Positions 34,218 through 43,813 are shown, numbered from the stretch's first letter. The stretch: 54,486 nucleotides of DNA from Candidatus Chisholmbacteria bacterium (GCA_016176555.1 JACOWY010000006.1:1-54486); one strand, 5' to 3'. The notes: generated by a model not told the origin, from the letters alone. Made by a program: numbers and translations.

Positions 34218-35153
34218 TTAACCGATACCACGACGTGCAGAACCAGCAAAAGGAATACTGATACGTTCCATCTTTTTGTACGCTTCTGGCGTTGCTGCAC
34301 AAAGAGCCAGAATATGTCCATCAGCAAAACCAGTAATTAGCTTTATTTGTTCAAATAAACTAGGAACTACAAGTCCCGGCGCCGCTTCACGAAGTTGAGC
34401 CTTACTTTCAGCCACAGCCTGCCCATGGTAGAGAGCAACCCTTTCAGCGTACCTAGTTTTAGTTTCTACTGAAAGCAACTTAAATTCCGAAGAGCTAAGA
34501 ATAGCAACTAATGTTTGGGTCGTTAGCGGAACGACTCGCTCAATAGTGATGAGTTTATTAACTACATCCTCTAAAGGATCGGTATCATGTTCTGGATTTC
34601 TCCTTTCGGCTGCACGAGATAAGAGCAAGTTAACACAAGGTTGTTCTCGACGACGATGCTCTGAGATGTCGGACACGATGGGTAAGTTCAAATCAATTTT
34701 TGGGTTATTAATCAACTCCGTATCAAAGCCGTTAAGAATAAGAGTTCTTAAAAGATCAATGCCTTCCGTTTCTAATCTCGAAACCGCTAAGACCATAAGC
34801 TCGTACTGTCTTTGTTGGCCAAGGTGAATAAGAGCACTTTCTCGAACAATCGCATTCAATACAAATCCCGGCACTCTGCGTAACCAAACAAGAAGGCTCT
34901 CGGCGTTTTGGATAAGGAAATCTTCTGGTTGTTCGCCAAGGAAAGCACTTACAGTCTTTTGCCACTCTTGAAGCCCTATAGAGTGGTGAGGCCCAGGAGG
35001 TTTTCTGGCCACTAAATCTAAAAACTGCCTGATTGTCTCAGGTGGTTCAATGGGTGTATTGCCAGTTTCAGAGGGGGCGCCAGCGGACATGATATTTTTA
35101 TTAAAACCCAATTGTATCAGAGTTAAGTAAAATTCATGCTCAAAACAGACCAA
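34218..35153 (-). CDS. hypothetical cytoplasmic protein, no recognised domain
   Basis: 311-aa ORF in an AT-richer segment. An alternative start is at 35090 (MSAGAPSETG..). No TM segment or signal peptide. Confidence 0.6.
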   Translation of the reverse strand: MVCFEHEFYLTLIQLGFNKNIMSAGAPSETGNTPIEPPETIRQFLDLVARKPPGPHHSIGLQEWQKTVSAFLGEQPEDFLIQNAESLLVWLRRVPGFVLNAIVRESALIHLGQQRQYELMVLAVSRLETEGIDLLRTLILNGFDTELINNPKIDLNLPIVSDISEHRRREQPCVNLLLSRAAERRNPEHDTDPLEDVVNKLITIERVVPLTTQTLVAILSSSEFKLLSVETKTRYAERVALYHGQAVAESKAQLREAAPGLVVPSLFEQIKLITGFADGHILALCAATPEAYKKMERISIPFAGSARRGIG

Positions 35154-35255
35154 AATATATAAACAGATTTTGTTACGGCTTTTTCAAAGAGTACAATCAA
35201 TGGTGTAATTTCAGCCCCATCTATGGTTATAGCACCCAGTGGCCAGAAAAAAGCC

Positions 35256-36304
35256 ATGACCACCATCTTTTTTATTGTCTTTTTAGACATTTTAGGCTTT
35301 AGCCTCATCTTGCCCCTCTTGCCCTTTATCGCCGAAAGCTTTGGCGGCAATCCTACCACCATCGGTTTTTTAGTCGCCAGCTACTCCTTTTTTCAATTTA
35401 TCGCCGCCCCGATTCTAGGCACTCTCTCCGATCGCTTCGGCCGTAGAAAATTACTCATCTTCTCGCAAATCGGCTCAGCTTTGGGGTTTATCATCTTAGG
35501 CCTAGCCCACACCTTACCTCTCCTGTTTCTTTCCCGCATTATTGACGGCATTACCGGCGGCAATATTTCCATCGCCCACGCCTACATTGCCGATATCACT
35601 ACCCCCAAAAATCGCGCCAAAGGCATGGGCATGCTCAGTGCTGCGTTTGGTGCTGGATTTATCATCGGCCCTGCTGTCGGAGGATTCCTGTCCCAAATCA
35701 GCTTTTCGTTGCCCGCCTATGTCGCTGCTGCTATGGCTCTCATCACCGCTCTCGCTACGCAATTATTCTTAAAAGAAACCGTGGCCTCGACCCAAAACAC
35801 CGTCAAACATTTTTCCGGCCTCAAAGCCAGCGTACCTTTAACTTTGGCCCACAACAAATCGCCTGGGTATTTGCCTTTGTGGGCCTGACCCAAATTGTTG
35901 TCCAACTCAAGGTTTTGCCCTTTTTAGTTGATCGACTAGGGGAATGGCGCCTGCTCAAAGTCTCCATATTTATATTTGCGGTAAGTTTTTTTGCCCTGCT
36001 TGTGTCCTTCCATCCACTCCTCTTGCTCATCTCTGTTGGCCTGATCGCTCCGGGCCAAGGCCTCGCCACTCCTGCCATTCAAGCCCTCGCCTCGGAAACA
36101 GTCAGCCCCAAAGAATACGGCGAAACCTTAGGGATTATGCAATCAGCGGGCAGCCTCGGCCGCATCGCCGGCCCCGTCATCGGTGGCCTCCTCTTTACCG
36201 GGTTTTCTAAATCGGCCCCATACATCTTTGTTGCCACGCTACTCACGCTGACTGTGTTATTTCTATTAAGTCAACACCAAGAGCGGCGGCAGCTCGTTCG
36301 TTGA
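35256..36304 (+). pseudogene. MFS (TetA/DHA1-like) transporter, frame broken between TM6 and TM8
   Basis: N-terminal half ends at 35888 (..SDRFGRRKLL.. motif A). The C-terminal half continues in another frame (NFGPQQIAWVFAFVGLTQIVVQ..DRLGEWRLL). A TM7-sized segment appears to be missing. Confidence 0.72.
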
Positions 36305-36340
36305 AGCTTCACCCTCATGGTAAGCTACTGTCAACACCAC

Positions 36341-37537
36341 ATGGCGCACACCAATATCTCGTCTCTTCTCAAAACTCTCGCCCAAAAAAATGTCAGAAAT
36401 TACGGTCACGACTTTCTCCAAACCTGGGATAAAAGCCTCGCCGAATTAGAAGCGACGTTATTGACCGCTGAAATCTTGTTGGCTGCCTGGCGCGCCAACC
36501 TGTCACCCAGAGTCTTTGGCTCTGGCCTCGCCGTCTCCTGGTTCCGCGACAAATCGACGCGCACTCGCTTCAGCTTTAAATCCGCTGCCGACCTTCTGGG
36601 TCTCTCCGTTCAAGATTTAGACGAGCAAACCTCCCAAATTTCCCACGGCGAAACCACCCGCGAGAGCGCCAACATGATTTCTTTTCTCACCGACGTGATT
36701 GGTATCAGAGATGATAAGTATCTAGGATTTGGCCACACCTTTCAAAAAGAAGTCGCCGCCGCGGTTGCAGAGGGTTTTAAGGATGGCATCTTGCCCCAGC
36801 GCCCCGCTGTATTAAATCTCCAATGTGACCGCGATCACCCCACCCAAAGTTTGGCAGACTTAATGCATCTTCAGACGTACTTTGGTGGTCTCAACCAACT
36901 CAAAGGCAAAAAGCTAGTCATGTCGTGGGCGTATTCCCCAAGCTATGGCAAACCCCTCTCCGTCGCTCAAGGCACCATCGGGCTCATGACTCGCTTCGGC
37001 CTGAACGTCGTTCTCGCTCATCCAAAGGGTTATGAGCTGATTCCTGAATTGGAAAAACAAGCCCATGATTTTGCCCAAAAATCAGGCGGTTCCTTTACTA
37101 TAACTAACGATATGAAAGCCGCCTTCAAAGACGCCGACATTGTCTACCCCAAATCCTGGGCTTCATTCAAAGCCATGCAGCGCCGCGCCAGCCTCTACCA
37201 AAGAAACGATCAAGCGGGGATAGAGAAACTCGAAAAAGCCGAGCTCGCCGAAAACGCCCAGCATAAAAATTGGACCTGCACTGAAAAACTGATGACCACC
37301 ACCAAGAACGGTCAGGCGCTTTACATGCACTGTTTGCCCGCCGACGTCACCGGCGTCAGTTGCCAGTTAGGCGAAGTCGCAGCTTCTGTCTTTGATCGCT
37401 ACCGCGCAGAGACTTTTACTCAAGCCGGCTACAAACCCTACATCATCGCTGCCATGATACTCCTGACTAAGTTTGGCCCCAAAACCGCCACCGTCCTCCG
37501 CCGCGCTCTAGCCCAACGAGAACCCCGCACTCTGTAG
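36341..37537 (+). CDS. ygeW: knotted carbamoyltransferase, YgeW type
   Basis: Near-colinear with my recollection of E. coli YgeW: FRDKSTRTRFSF, SQISHGETTRESANMISF, LNLQCDRDHPTQSLADL, WAYSPSYGKPLSV, YMHCLPADVTGVSC, KPYIIAAMIL. Confidence 0.88.
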   Translation: MAHTNISSLLKTLAQKNVRNYGHDFLQTWDKSLAELEATLLTAEILLAAWRANLSPRVFGSGLAVSWFRDKSTRTRFSFKSAADLLGLSVQDLDEQTSQISHGETTRESANMISFLTDVIGIRDDKYLGFGHTFQKEVAAAVAEGFKDGILPQRPAVLNLQCDRDHPTQSLADLMHLQTYFGGLNQLKGKKLVMSWAYSPSYGKPLSVAQGTIGLMTRFGLNVVLAHPKGYELIPELEKQAHDFAQKSGGSFTITNDMKAAFKDADIVYPKSWASFKAMQRRASLYQRNDQAGIEKLEKAELAENAQHKNWTCTEKLMTTTKNGQALYMHCLPADVTGVSCQLGEVAASVFDRYRAETFTQAGYKPYIIAAMILLTKFGPKTATVLRRALAQREPRTL

Positions 37538-37575
37538 CCCTTTCTAAAGTTATTGTTGAATAAACTCAAGTATCC

Positions 37576-37738
37576 GTCATGCTGAACTCGCCTGCACTGA
37601 GCAACGTCGAAGTGTTTCAGCATCCATTTTGTCATTCTGGCTTGTCCAGAATCAGATCCTGAAATGTCTACGCTTCTCCGGCAGCTGCCGGATCAGCCGA
37701 CGTTACTCGCTTGCGCTTTGTAATAAATTCAGGATGAC
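37576..37738. repeat. cluster of GTCATKCTGA / CAGAAT / CAGGATGAC units
   Basis: gtcatgctgaactcg..gtttcagcatcc, gtcattctggcttgtccagaatc and ..aattcaggatgac. Also ctccggcagctgccggatcag, which recurs in inverted form at 22984-23005. Confidence 0.8.
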
Positions 37739-37801
37739 TGTTAAGTAGTAACAAATACCTTCCGCTTCACATCAAGGTGCTATTTAGATATAGTTGAGTT
37801 A

Positions 37802-38731
37802 ATGCTCGAACACCTGCTCCATCTTTTTACCCCTCGCTCGTCCAATAATCATCACCCCCGCTTACTCCAACCGGCAGGTTTAGCCCTGCTGGCGAGCTTG
37901 TATCTATTTTTCAATGCCTCAGTTCGCCTCTTTGCCATCTACGACGAGCATATTGTCCATGGCGACGTCTTAGGCTTTGCCTCCAACATTTACCCCGAGG
38001 AGATCATCGAGCTCACCAATGAAGAGCGAGCCAAAGCCGGTCTGCCCACCCTCAAAGAAAACTCGCTTCTTTCCCAAGCTGCCCAAGCCAAAGCTTCCGA
38101 CATGTTTACCTTTAACTACTGGGCGCACACCAACACCCAAAACGGCAAAGAGCCCTGGGCCTTTATCCGCGAAGCGGGCTACAGCTATAAGTATGCCGGC
38201 GAAAACCTAGCCCGCGATTTTGGCGACACCCCCTCGATGATGGCTGCCTGGATAGCCTCCCCTTCACATCGAGTCAACATTCTCTCCGATCGCTACGACG
38301 AAATCGGCATCGCCGTAGTAAACGGCACGCTCGAGGGAGTCGAAACGACCCTGGTCGTCCAAATGTTTGGCCGAGGCACGGGCAGCCAGGCTGTTGCCGC
38401 CACCACCACTCTAGGCAAAGCGAAAGAACTAGTTCCCCAAGTCTCCGCCCAAGAAAAACCACCCGAACCCGAGGAGCCAGTGGTTGAAACGATCACCGTC
38501 AACCCGCCAGAGTCAGAAGCAATAGCTTCTCCGGTTATCTCTCCTCTGTCGCTCAACAAAGCCGTGGCCATGAGCATCTTGCTCTTGCTTTCAATTGCCC
38601 TCATTGTCGACTATGTCATGCTAAAACGTGCCAAAGTCTTAAGAGTCAGCGGCAAGGGTCTCGCCCACCTTTCCTTTATCGGTGTGCTTATAATAATAGT
38701 ACTCATGAGTGGTCCCGGAGGCATCTTGTGA
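37802..38731 (+). CDS. CAP/SCP (PR-1-like) domain protein with N- and C-terminal TM segments
   Basis: ERAKAGLPTL..QAKASDM..YWAHTN..GENLA..AWIASPSHRVNIL motifs. Confidence 0.8.
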   Translation: MLEHLLHLFTPRSSNNHHPRLLQPAGLALLASLYLFFNASVRLFAIYDEHIVHGDVLGFASNIYPEEIIELTNEERAKAGLPTLKENSLLSQAAQAKASDMFTFNYWAHTNTQNGKEPWAFIREAGYSYKYAGENLARDFGDTPSMMAAWIASPSHRVNILSDRYDEIGIAVVNGTLEGVETTLVVQMFGRGTGSQAVAATTTLGKAKELVPQVSAQEKPPEPEEPVVETITVNPPESEAIASPVISPLSLNKAVAMSILLLLSIALIVDYVMLKRAKVLRVSGKGLAHLSFIGVLIIIVLMSGPGGIL

Positions 38732-38982
38732 TCGACGAGTTTAAAGCCCACCAGCAACACTATCTCATTCTCGCCATTATTCTCGGGGCTGGTCTCGTTG
38801 CCATCCTTCTCTTTCGTGTCAACGAAGTTCTTAAAAACACCGTCATCTTAGCTTTAGCCGCAGCCTATGTGGCGTGGGGCATCTACCACCACAAGACTTC
38901 TAATCATCTTCGCCTCAAAGTGGTGCTAGAATACCTCCTTGTGGCTCTACTCGGAGTTTTATTATTAAGAGCTATTGTCTAA
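38728..38982 (+). CDS. small three-TM membrane protein
   Basis: 84 aa. Start overlaps the upstream stop (GTGA). Confidence 0.55.
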   Translation: MIDEFKAHQQHYLILAIILGAGLVAILLFRVNEVLKNTVILALAAAYVAWGIYHHKTSNHLRLKVVLEYLLVALLGVLLLRAIV

Positions 38983-38986
38983 TGGG

Positions 38987-39022
38987 TAATTTTTAACTTT
39001 TAATTTTTAACTTTTAACTTAT
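38987..39022. repeat. AT-rich tandem words (aatttttaactttt x2 plus a partial unit)
   Basis: taatttttaacttttaatttttaacttttaactt, directly upstream of the rfbA-like ATG. The same words recur in the palindrome at 40003-40104. Confidence 0.7.
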
Positions 39023-39025
39023 TTT

Positions 39026-39751
39026 ATGAAAGGCATTGTATTAGCTGGCGGACTTGGTACGAGATTGTATCCCCTGACCCACGTCACCAACAAACACCTC
39101 CTACCCGTTTATAACCAACCGATGGTGTTTTACCCCATCCAAACGCTGGTCAAAGCTGGCATTACCGAAATCATGGTCGTCACCGGTGGGCCCCACGCCG
39201 GTCATTTCTTAAGAGTCTTAAAAAACGGTGAAGACTTAGGCGTCACCCATCTTGAGTTTGCCTATCAAGAAAAAGAAGGGGGCATTGCCGCAGCGCTCGG
39301 CCTCTGCGAGTCGTTTGCCGACGAAGGATCGGTCGCGGTCATCTTGGGCGACAACACCACCGACGCCGATATTAGTGAATCGGTCAAAGACTTCACTTCG
39401 GGCGCCAAAATCTTCTTAAAAAAAGTTCCTGACCCCGAGCGCTTTGGCGTGCCCGTATTTGACCCCCAAGATCCAAAGAAAGTCTTAAGCATCGAAGAAA
39501 AACCCCAAGAGCCCAAATCAGCCTACGCCGTCATCGGCCTCTATATGTACGATAACCAAGTTTTTGAATACATTCGCACTAACCAACCCTCCGACAGGGG
39601 TGAACTAGAAATCACCGACGTCAACAATCGCTATATCGAAGCGGGTACTATGCAATGGGCGCAGCTCGAGGGTTTTTGGTCCGACGCCGGCACCTTTGAA
39701 AGCCTGTATCTGGCCAACAAATTTTGGGCCGAAAAAAAAAGAGTAGGTTGA
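39026..39751 (+). CDS. rfbA: glucose-1-phosphate thymidylyltransferase-like sugar nucleotidyltransferase (short form)
   Basis: MKGIVLAGGLGTRLYPLTHVTNKHLLPVYNQPMVFYPI and ..EKPQEPKSAYAVIGLYMYD.. Confidence 0.85.
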   Translation: MKGIVLAGGLGTRLYPLTHVTNKHLLPVYNQPMVFYPIQTLVKAGITEIMVVTGGPHAGHFLRVLKNGEDLGVTHLEFAYQEKEGGIAAALGLCESFADEGSVAVILGDNTTDADISESVKDFTSGAKIFLKKVPDPERFGVPVFDPQDPKKVLSIEEKPQEPKSAYAVIGLYMYDNQVFEYIRTNQPSDRGELEITDVNNRYIEAGTMQWAQLEGFWSDAGTFESLYLANKFWAEKKRVG

Positions 39752-39794
39752 CACTAACCTGTTTATTTTGGTAATGTCTACCAAGCTTTAACAA

Positions 39795-39938
39795 CTAATA
39801 TCAAGAGCGATGGTGAGGGATCTGGCCCCATGACCCATCCAGCAACCGGCTTTTTAAAAGACGCGGTGCTAATTCCAGCCTAGCCCTTCCGCAGCTTTAT
39901 GCGAAGGAGGGTCTCGCCTAAAGCGAAGGAAAGATAAG
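39795..39938 (+). promoter_or_regulatory. SAM-I (S-box) riboswitch
   Basis: AUCAAGAG..GGUGAGGGAUCUGGCCCCAUGACCCAUCCAGCAACCGG..GGUGCUAAUUCCAGCC..GAAAGAUAAG matches the conserved SAM-I core. Located upstream of metK. Confidence 0.85.
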
Positions 39939-39977
39939 TCCTACGAAGCATTTATGCGAAGTAGGAAAATCATCATC

Positions 39978-40000
39978 GACCTCCTCCGGGAGGTCTTTTT
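39978..40000 (+). terminator. riboswitch expression-platform terminator
   Basis: gacctcc-tccg-ggaggtc followed by ttttt. Confidence 0.75.
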
Positions 40001-40002
40001 AG

Positions 40003-40104
40003 TTTAAAATTCAAAATTCAAAGTGCAAAATTATAGTTTAAAGTTAAAAATTTTTAATTCTAAACTGTAACTTTTAACTTTTCACTTTGAAATTTTAACT
40101 TGAA
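40003..40104. repeat. AT-rich word palindrome
   Basis: tttaaaattcaaaattcaaagtgcaaaattatagtttaaagttaaaa / ttaattctaaactgtaacttttaacttttcactttgaaattttaactt. Ends at the metK ATG. Confidence 0.7.
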
Positions 40105-40106
40105 AT

Positions 40107-41219
40107 ATGCATTACAACTCCTTCACTTCAGAATCTGTCTGCGAAGGTCACCCCGATAAAATCTGCGACCAAGTCTCCGACGCCTGCCTCGACGCCTGCC
40201 TGAAGCAGGATCCCTATTCCCACACCGGCATTGAGTGCCTCGCTACCACCAACCGCTTCATCGTCGCTGGTGAGGTCAAAAGCCAAGCCAAGGTTGACTA
40301 CAAAACCATCGCCAAAAACATCATCAAAGAATTGGGCTACGATAGCCCTGTCTATCACTTTGATTATCACACTGCCAAAATCGACGTCCTCATTCACCAA
40401 CAAGCCCCCGATATCGCTTTAGGCGTAGACGTCGGCGGCGCCGGCGATCAAGGCATGATGTTTGGCTATGCCTGCGACGAAACCAAAGATTTTATGCCCC
40501 TGCCCATCACCATCGCCCACGCCCTCACTCGCGCCGTTGACCAAGCTCGTAAAACTAAACGCATTCCGTATCTGAGGCCCGACGGCAAAAGCCAAGTCGT
40601 CGTCGACTACAAAAATGGCCAGCCGGTCGGTGTCAGCACCGTCATCCTCGCCGTGCCTCACAAACCATCGGTCTCCACCAACACCATCCGCACCGATCTC
40701 TTTCACCAAGTCGTCACCCCAACCCTGAGGAAATTTGGCTACAAAATCGGCATCACTAACTTTACCCTCAATGGCACTGGTCGTTGGGAAGTGGGTGGTC
40801 CGGATTCGGACTCGGGGTTAACCGGCCGCAAAATCATGGTCGACACTTATGGCAGCATGGGCCGCCATGGTGGGGGATCCTTCTCCGGTAAAGATCCCAC
40901 CAAAGTCGATCGCTCCGCTGCCTACGCCTGTAGGTTTTTAGCCAAAAACATTGTCGCCCACAAACTAGCCCGCCGCTGCGAAGTCAAAGTCGCTTATGTC
41001 ATCGGCCAAGCTGAGCCCGTGGCTCAATCAGTCGACACTTTTGGCACCGAAAAGGTCAGAAACGGCGCTATCAAAGACTTTATGAAAAAAGTTCTTCACT
41101 TATCAGTCAACGGCATTCTTGAAACACTTGATCTTCGCCGCCCCATCTACCGTGAAACCGCCCGCTATGGCCACTTCGGCCGCCCCTCCTTCCCCTGGGA
41201 AAAAATAGTTTCAGTTTAA
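40107..41219 (+). CDS. metK: S-adenosylmethionine synthetase
   Basis: SESVCEGHPDKICDQVSD, GAGDQGMMFGYA, GGGSFSGKDPTKVDRSAAY. Confidence 0.95.
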   Translation: MHYNSFTSESVCEGHPDKICDQVSDACLDACLKQDPYSHTGIECLATTNRFIVAGEVKSQAKVDYKTIAKNIIKELGYDSPVYHFDYHTAKIDVLIHQQAPDIALGVDVGGAGDQGMMFGYACDETKDFMPLPITIAHALTRAVDQARKTKRIPYLRPDGKSQVVVDYKNGQPVGVSTVILAVPHKPSVSTNTIRTDLFHQVVTPTLRKFGYKIGITNFTLNGTGRWEVGGPDSDSGLTGRKIMVDTYGSMGRHGGGSFSGKDPTKVDRSAAYACRFLAKNIVAHKLARRCEVKVAYVIGQAEPVAQSVDTFGTEKVRNGAIKDFMKKVLHLSVNGILETLDLRRPIYRETARYGHFGRPSFPWEKIVSV

Positions 41220-41317
41220 TCGTCATTAATCGTCATAAATAGTCATTCGTTGTCATTTGTGAACAAAATGACTACGTATGACGCGAGCGTCTGCTCGCAT
41301 ATGACTACGAATGACTA
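41219..41317. repeat. word palindrome built on GTCAT/ATGAC words
   Basis: Left arm tcgtcattaatcgtcataaatagtcattcgttgtcatttgt. Right arm acaaaatgactacgtatgac..atatgactacgaatgacta. Confidence 0.7.
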
Positions 41318-41473
41318 AAGTATCTCCTGGACTTGCATTCTCAAAATGTGCTAGTCTTTAATAAGATAAAATAGACACTCCGATAAATCGGAGTGTACTA
41401 ATAATTAAAATTTTCGGCACCAGCCGAAAGCGTTCCTGATAACTACGCGTTTACGCGTAGGTATCTATAAGGT

Positions 41474-42205
41474 ATGGCGGAAGATTCAATGGAGTCAGCC
41501 TCAGTCGACACTTCAGTGAAACAAGGCCCCTTACCCGGCCCCGGCGCTCTTCTTTCCCAAAGCTGGCAGTTGTTTAAGGCTCACTGGCTCTTGTTCGACT
41601 GGCTCATTTTGCTGCCCGTAATTCTCTTACTTGCTTTAGTGGGTGTGATGTTAGTGGTTGCGCTCACTCTTGGCACCGAGGTATTCGGATCCAGTACAAC
41701 AAGCATTGCTGTACTCATTATTTTTAGTGTACCTGCAGTAATTGTTAGTTTTTTGACTCAAATTGCCCTCGTCAAAGCCATCCAACACGAAGGCGCTGTC
41801 GGCACCAAGCAACTCTTACGGGAAAGCTGGCCTTTAGTCTGGCGTTTTTTCTTGCTAAATCTTTTAGTAGCCCTTACCATGATTGTGGGCTTTATTCTCT
41901 TCGTCATCCCAGGAATTATCTTTAGCGTCTGGTTTATGTTCAGTATCTACATTCTGGTTGTCGAAGGTACCTCAGGCACCGCCGCCATGCGCCGCAGCAA
42001 ATTTTATGCCCGGGGGAAATTTTGGGGCCTCATCGGCAGGGCTCTAGTGGTCATTCTCATAGCCATGATCCCTTCAATCCTGGTTTCTGCTTTTGAAAAC
42101 GAAACTCTGGCGATTCTCCTTCAGCTGCTTTCCGTTTTTGTTATTTCTCCTGTGAGCGCAATCTACTTCTTCAAGCTCTACCAAGGCGCCAAGGCGAGCA
42201 GCTAA
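41474..42205 (+). CDS. polytopic membrane protein (DUF975-like)
   Basis: 243 aa, about 6 TM helices, no catalytic motif. Confidence 0.55.
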   Translation: MAEDSMESASVDTSVKQGPLPGPGALLSQSWQLFKAHWLLFDWLILLPVILLLALVGVMLVVALTLGTEVFGSSTTSIAVLIIFSVPAVIVSFLTQIALVKAIQHEGAVGTKQLLRESWPLVWRFFLLNLLVALTMIVGFILFVIPGIIFSVWFMFSIYILVVEGTSGTAAMRRSKFYARGKFWGLIGRALVVILIAMIPSILVSAFENETLAILLQLLSVFVISPVSAIYFFKLYQGAKASS

Positions 42206-42222
42206 ATTAAATATTTTTCTCC

Positions 42223-42290
42223 GTCATCCTGGCTTGTCCAGGATCTTCTTCGTTGTCATCCTGAACTTGTTTCAGGATTTTTTTGTCATT
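42223..42290. repeat. GTCATCCTGG..CCAGGATC and GTCATCCTGAAC..TTCAGGAT units
   Basis: cgtcatcctggcttgtccaggatc and gtcatcctgaacttgtttcaggat. Confidence 0.85.
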
Positions 42291-42413
42291 GACAGTCAGA
42301 TGCCCTACTTTCATAACAAGAAATCCATACCAATCTAATAAACGTTACAGCATCACGGACTATCCAGTGATGCTATACTGTAACCTAACATTACCCAAAC
42401 TAGCCTAACGGCT

Positions 42414-42543
42414 AGAAATTCCAAGCACCAAGCATCAAACTCTAAATAAATTAAAATTCTAATATCAAAATCTAAACGTTTAGAAATTGGAATTTGATTT
42501 TTAGAATTTGTTTGTGGTTTGTAATTTGGAATTTGAGATTTGT
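42414..42543. repeat. AT-rich word palindrome (family of 117-240)
   Basis: Left arm gaaattccaagcaccaagcatcaaactctaaat..aatatcaaaatct. Right arm agaaattggaatttgatttttagaatttgtttgtggtttgtaatttggaatttgagatttg. Ends at the rarA ATG. Confidence 0.75.
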
Positions 42544-42544
42544 T

Positions 42545-43813
42545 ATGCAACCGCTCGCCGATCGTATCCGCCCCCAAACTCTCAAAGATTTCGTCGGTCA
42601 ACCCCACCTCGTTGGTCCCGGTAAACCGATTCACCAAGCCATTAAACAAGGCCGCATTCACTCCATGATTTTTTGGGGCCCTCCCGGCTCAGGCAAAACC
42701 ACCCTAGCTCAAATTATCGCCAACGCCATCAAGGCTCAATTCTTTCACCTCTCCGCCGTCTCCGCCGGCAAATCCGACATCAAAAAAATCATTGATAGCA
42801 TCAGGGTTAAACCATCAGCCCAACAAGAGCTCACTCCAGGCAATCTGTTAAATCTGCCTAAATCTGTTTCATCTGTGTTATTCCTCGACGAAATTCACCG
42901 CTTCAACAAAGCCCAGCAAGACTATCTTTTACCTTTTGTCGAAACCGGCACCCTCACTCTCATTGGTGCCACCACCGAAAACCCCAGCTTCGAGGTCATC
43001 TCACCACTTCTGTCCCGTTGCCAAGTCTATGTTCTCGATTCTCTTTCTGGAAAAGAACTGCGCCAAATTATCCACAGAGGCATAAAGCACCTCGGGGGTG
43101 GCCGTATGGACTCCCCCGAGGTGGGTAAAGACGCCATAGAATTTTTAATCCAATTCGCCAACGGCGATGCCCGCCAAGCGCTGAATCTTTTAGAAAACAC
43201 GGTAAAACTGTATGGCAGAAAGAGACCCGACCTTCGTCCGCCAGGGCGGACAGGTCGGGTCTTGAAACCTAGCATTTCTGTCTCTGATCTCAAAACCACT
43301 CTCCAAAGCAAATTCCTCCAGTACGACAAAGGTGGGGAAGAACACTACAACACCATCTCCGCCTTCATCAAATCCATGCGCGCCAGTAACCCCGATGCCG
43401 CTCTCTACTACCTTGCCCGCATGGTCGATACCGGCGAAGATCCGCTGTTTATCGCTCGCCGCATGGTCGTCTTTGCTTCCGAAGATATCGGTATGGCCCA
43501 GCCCACGGCCCTCGTCGTCGCCAACGAAGTTTTTAGGGCTTGCGAAACTATCGGCTACCCGGAATGCGCCATCAATCTGGCTCACGGCGTCGTCTATCTC
43601 GCTAAAGCGCCCAAAAACCGCGCCGCCTACGATGGCTTGAGAGCCGCCCAAAAAGACGTCAAAGACTTTGGCAACCTCCCCATCCCTCTAAACCTTCGCA
43701 ATGCCCCCACCAAACTGATGAAAGACTTGGGTTACGGCAGCGGGTATGAACCATATACCAAAGAGTCTTTATTGCCACATAAAATCAAAGGGAAGAAGTA
43801 TTATCATGAGTGA
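42545..43813 (+). CDS. rarA: replication-associated recombination protein A (AAA+ ATPase)
   Basis: ATG at 42545 ([19 protein letters not shown]). Walker [48 protein letters not shown]. The track's N-terminal extension lies in the palindrome. Confidence 0.92.
   Translation: MQPLADRIRPQTLKDFVGQPHLVGPGKPIHQAIKQGRIHSMIFWGPPGSGKTTLAQIIANAIKAQFFHLSAVSAGKSDIKKIIDSIRVKPSAQQELTPGNLLNLPKSVSSVLFLDEIHRFNKAQQDYLLPFVETGTLTLIGATTENPSFEVISPLLSRCQVYVLDSLSGKELRQIIHRGIKHLGGGRMDSPEVGKDAIEFLIQFANGDARQALNLLENTVKLYGRKRPDLRPPGRTGRVLKPSISVSDLKTTLQSKFLQYDKGGEEHYNTISAFIKSMRASNPDAALYYLARMVDTGEDPLFIARRMVVFASEDIGMAQPTALVVANEVFRACETIGYPECAINLAHGVVYLAKAPKNRAAYDGLRAAQKDVKDFGNLPIPLNLRNAPTKLMKDLGYGSGYEPYTKESLLPHKIKGKKYYHE

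Noticed and set aside
34057-34302. An 81-aa minus-strand ORF and a 63-aa plus-strand ORF downstream of the 311-aa gene.
   Set aside because: They overlap promoter-leader module copy 2 and the 3' end of the larger ORF. They are more parsimoniously non-coding.
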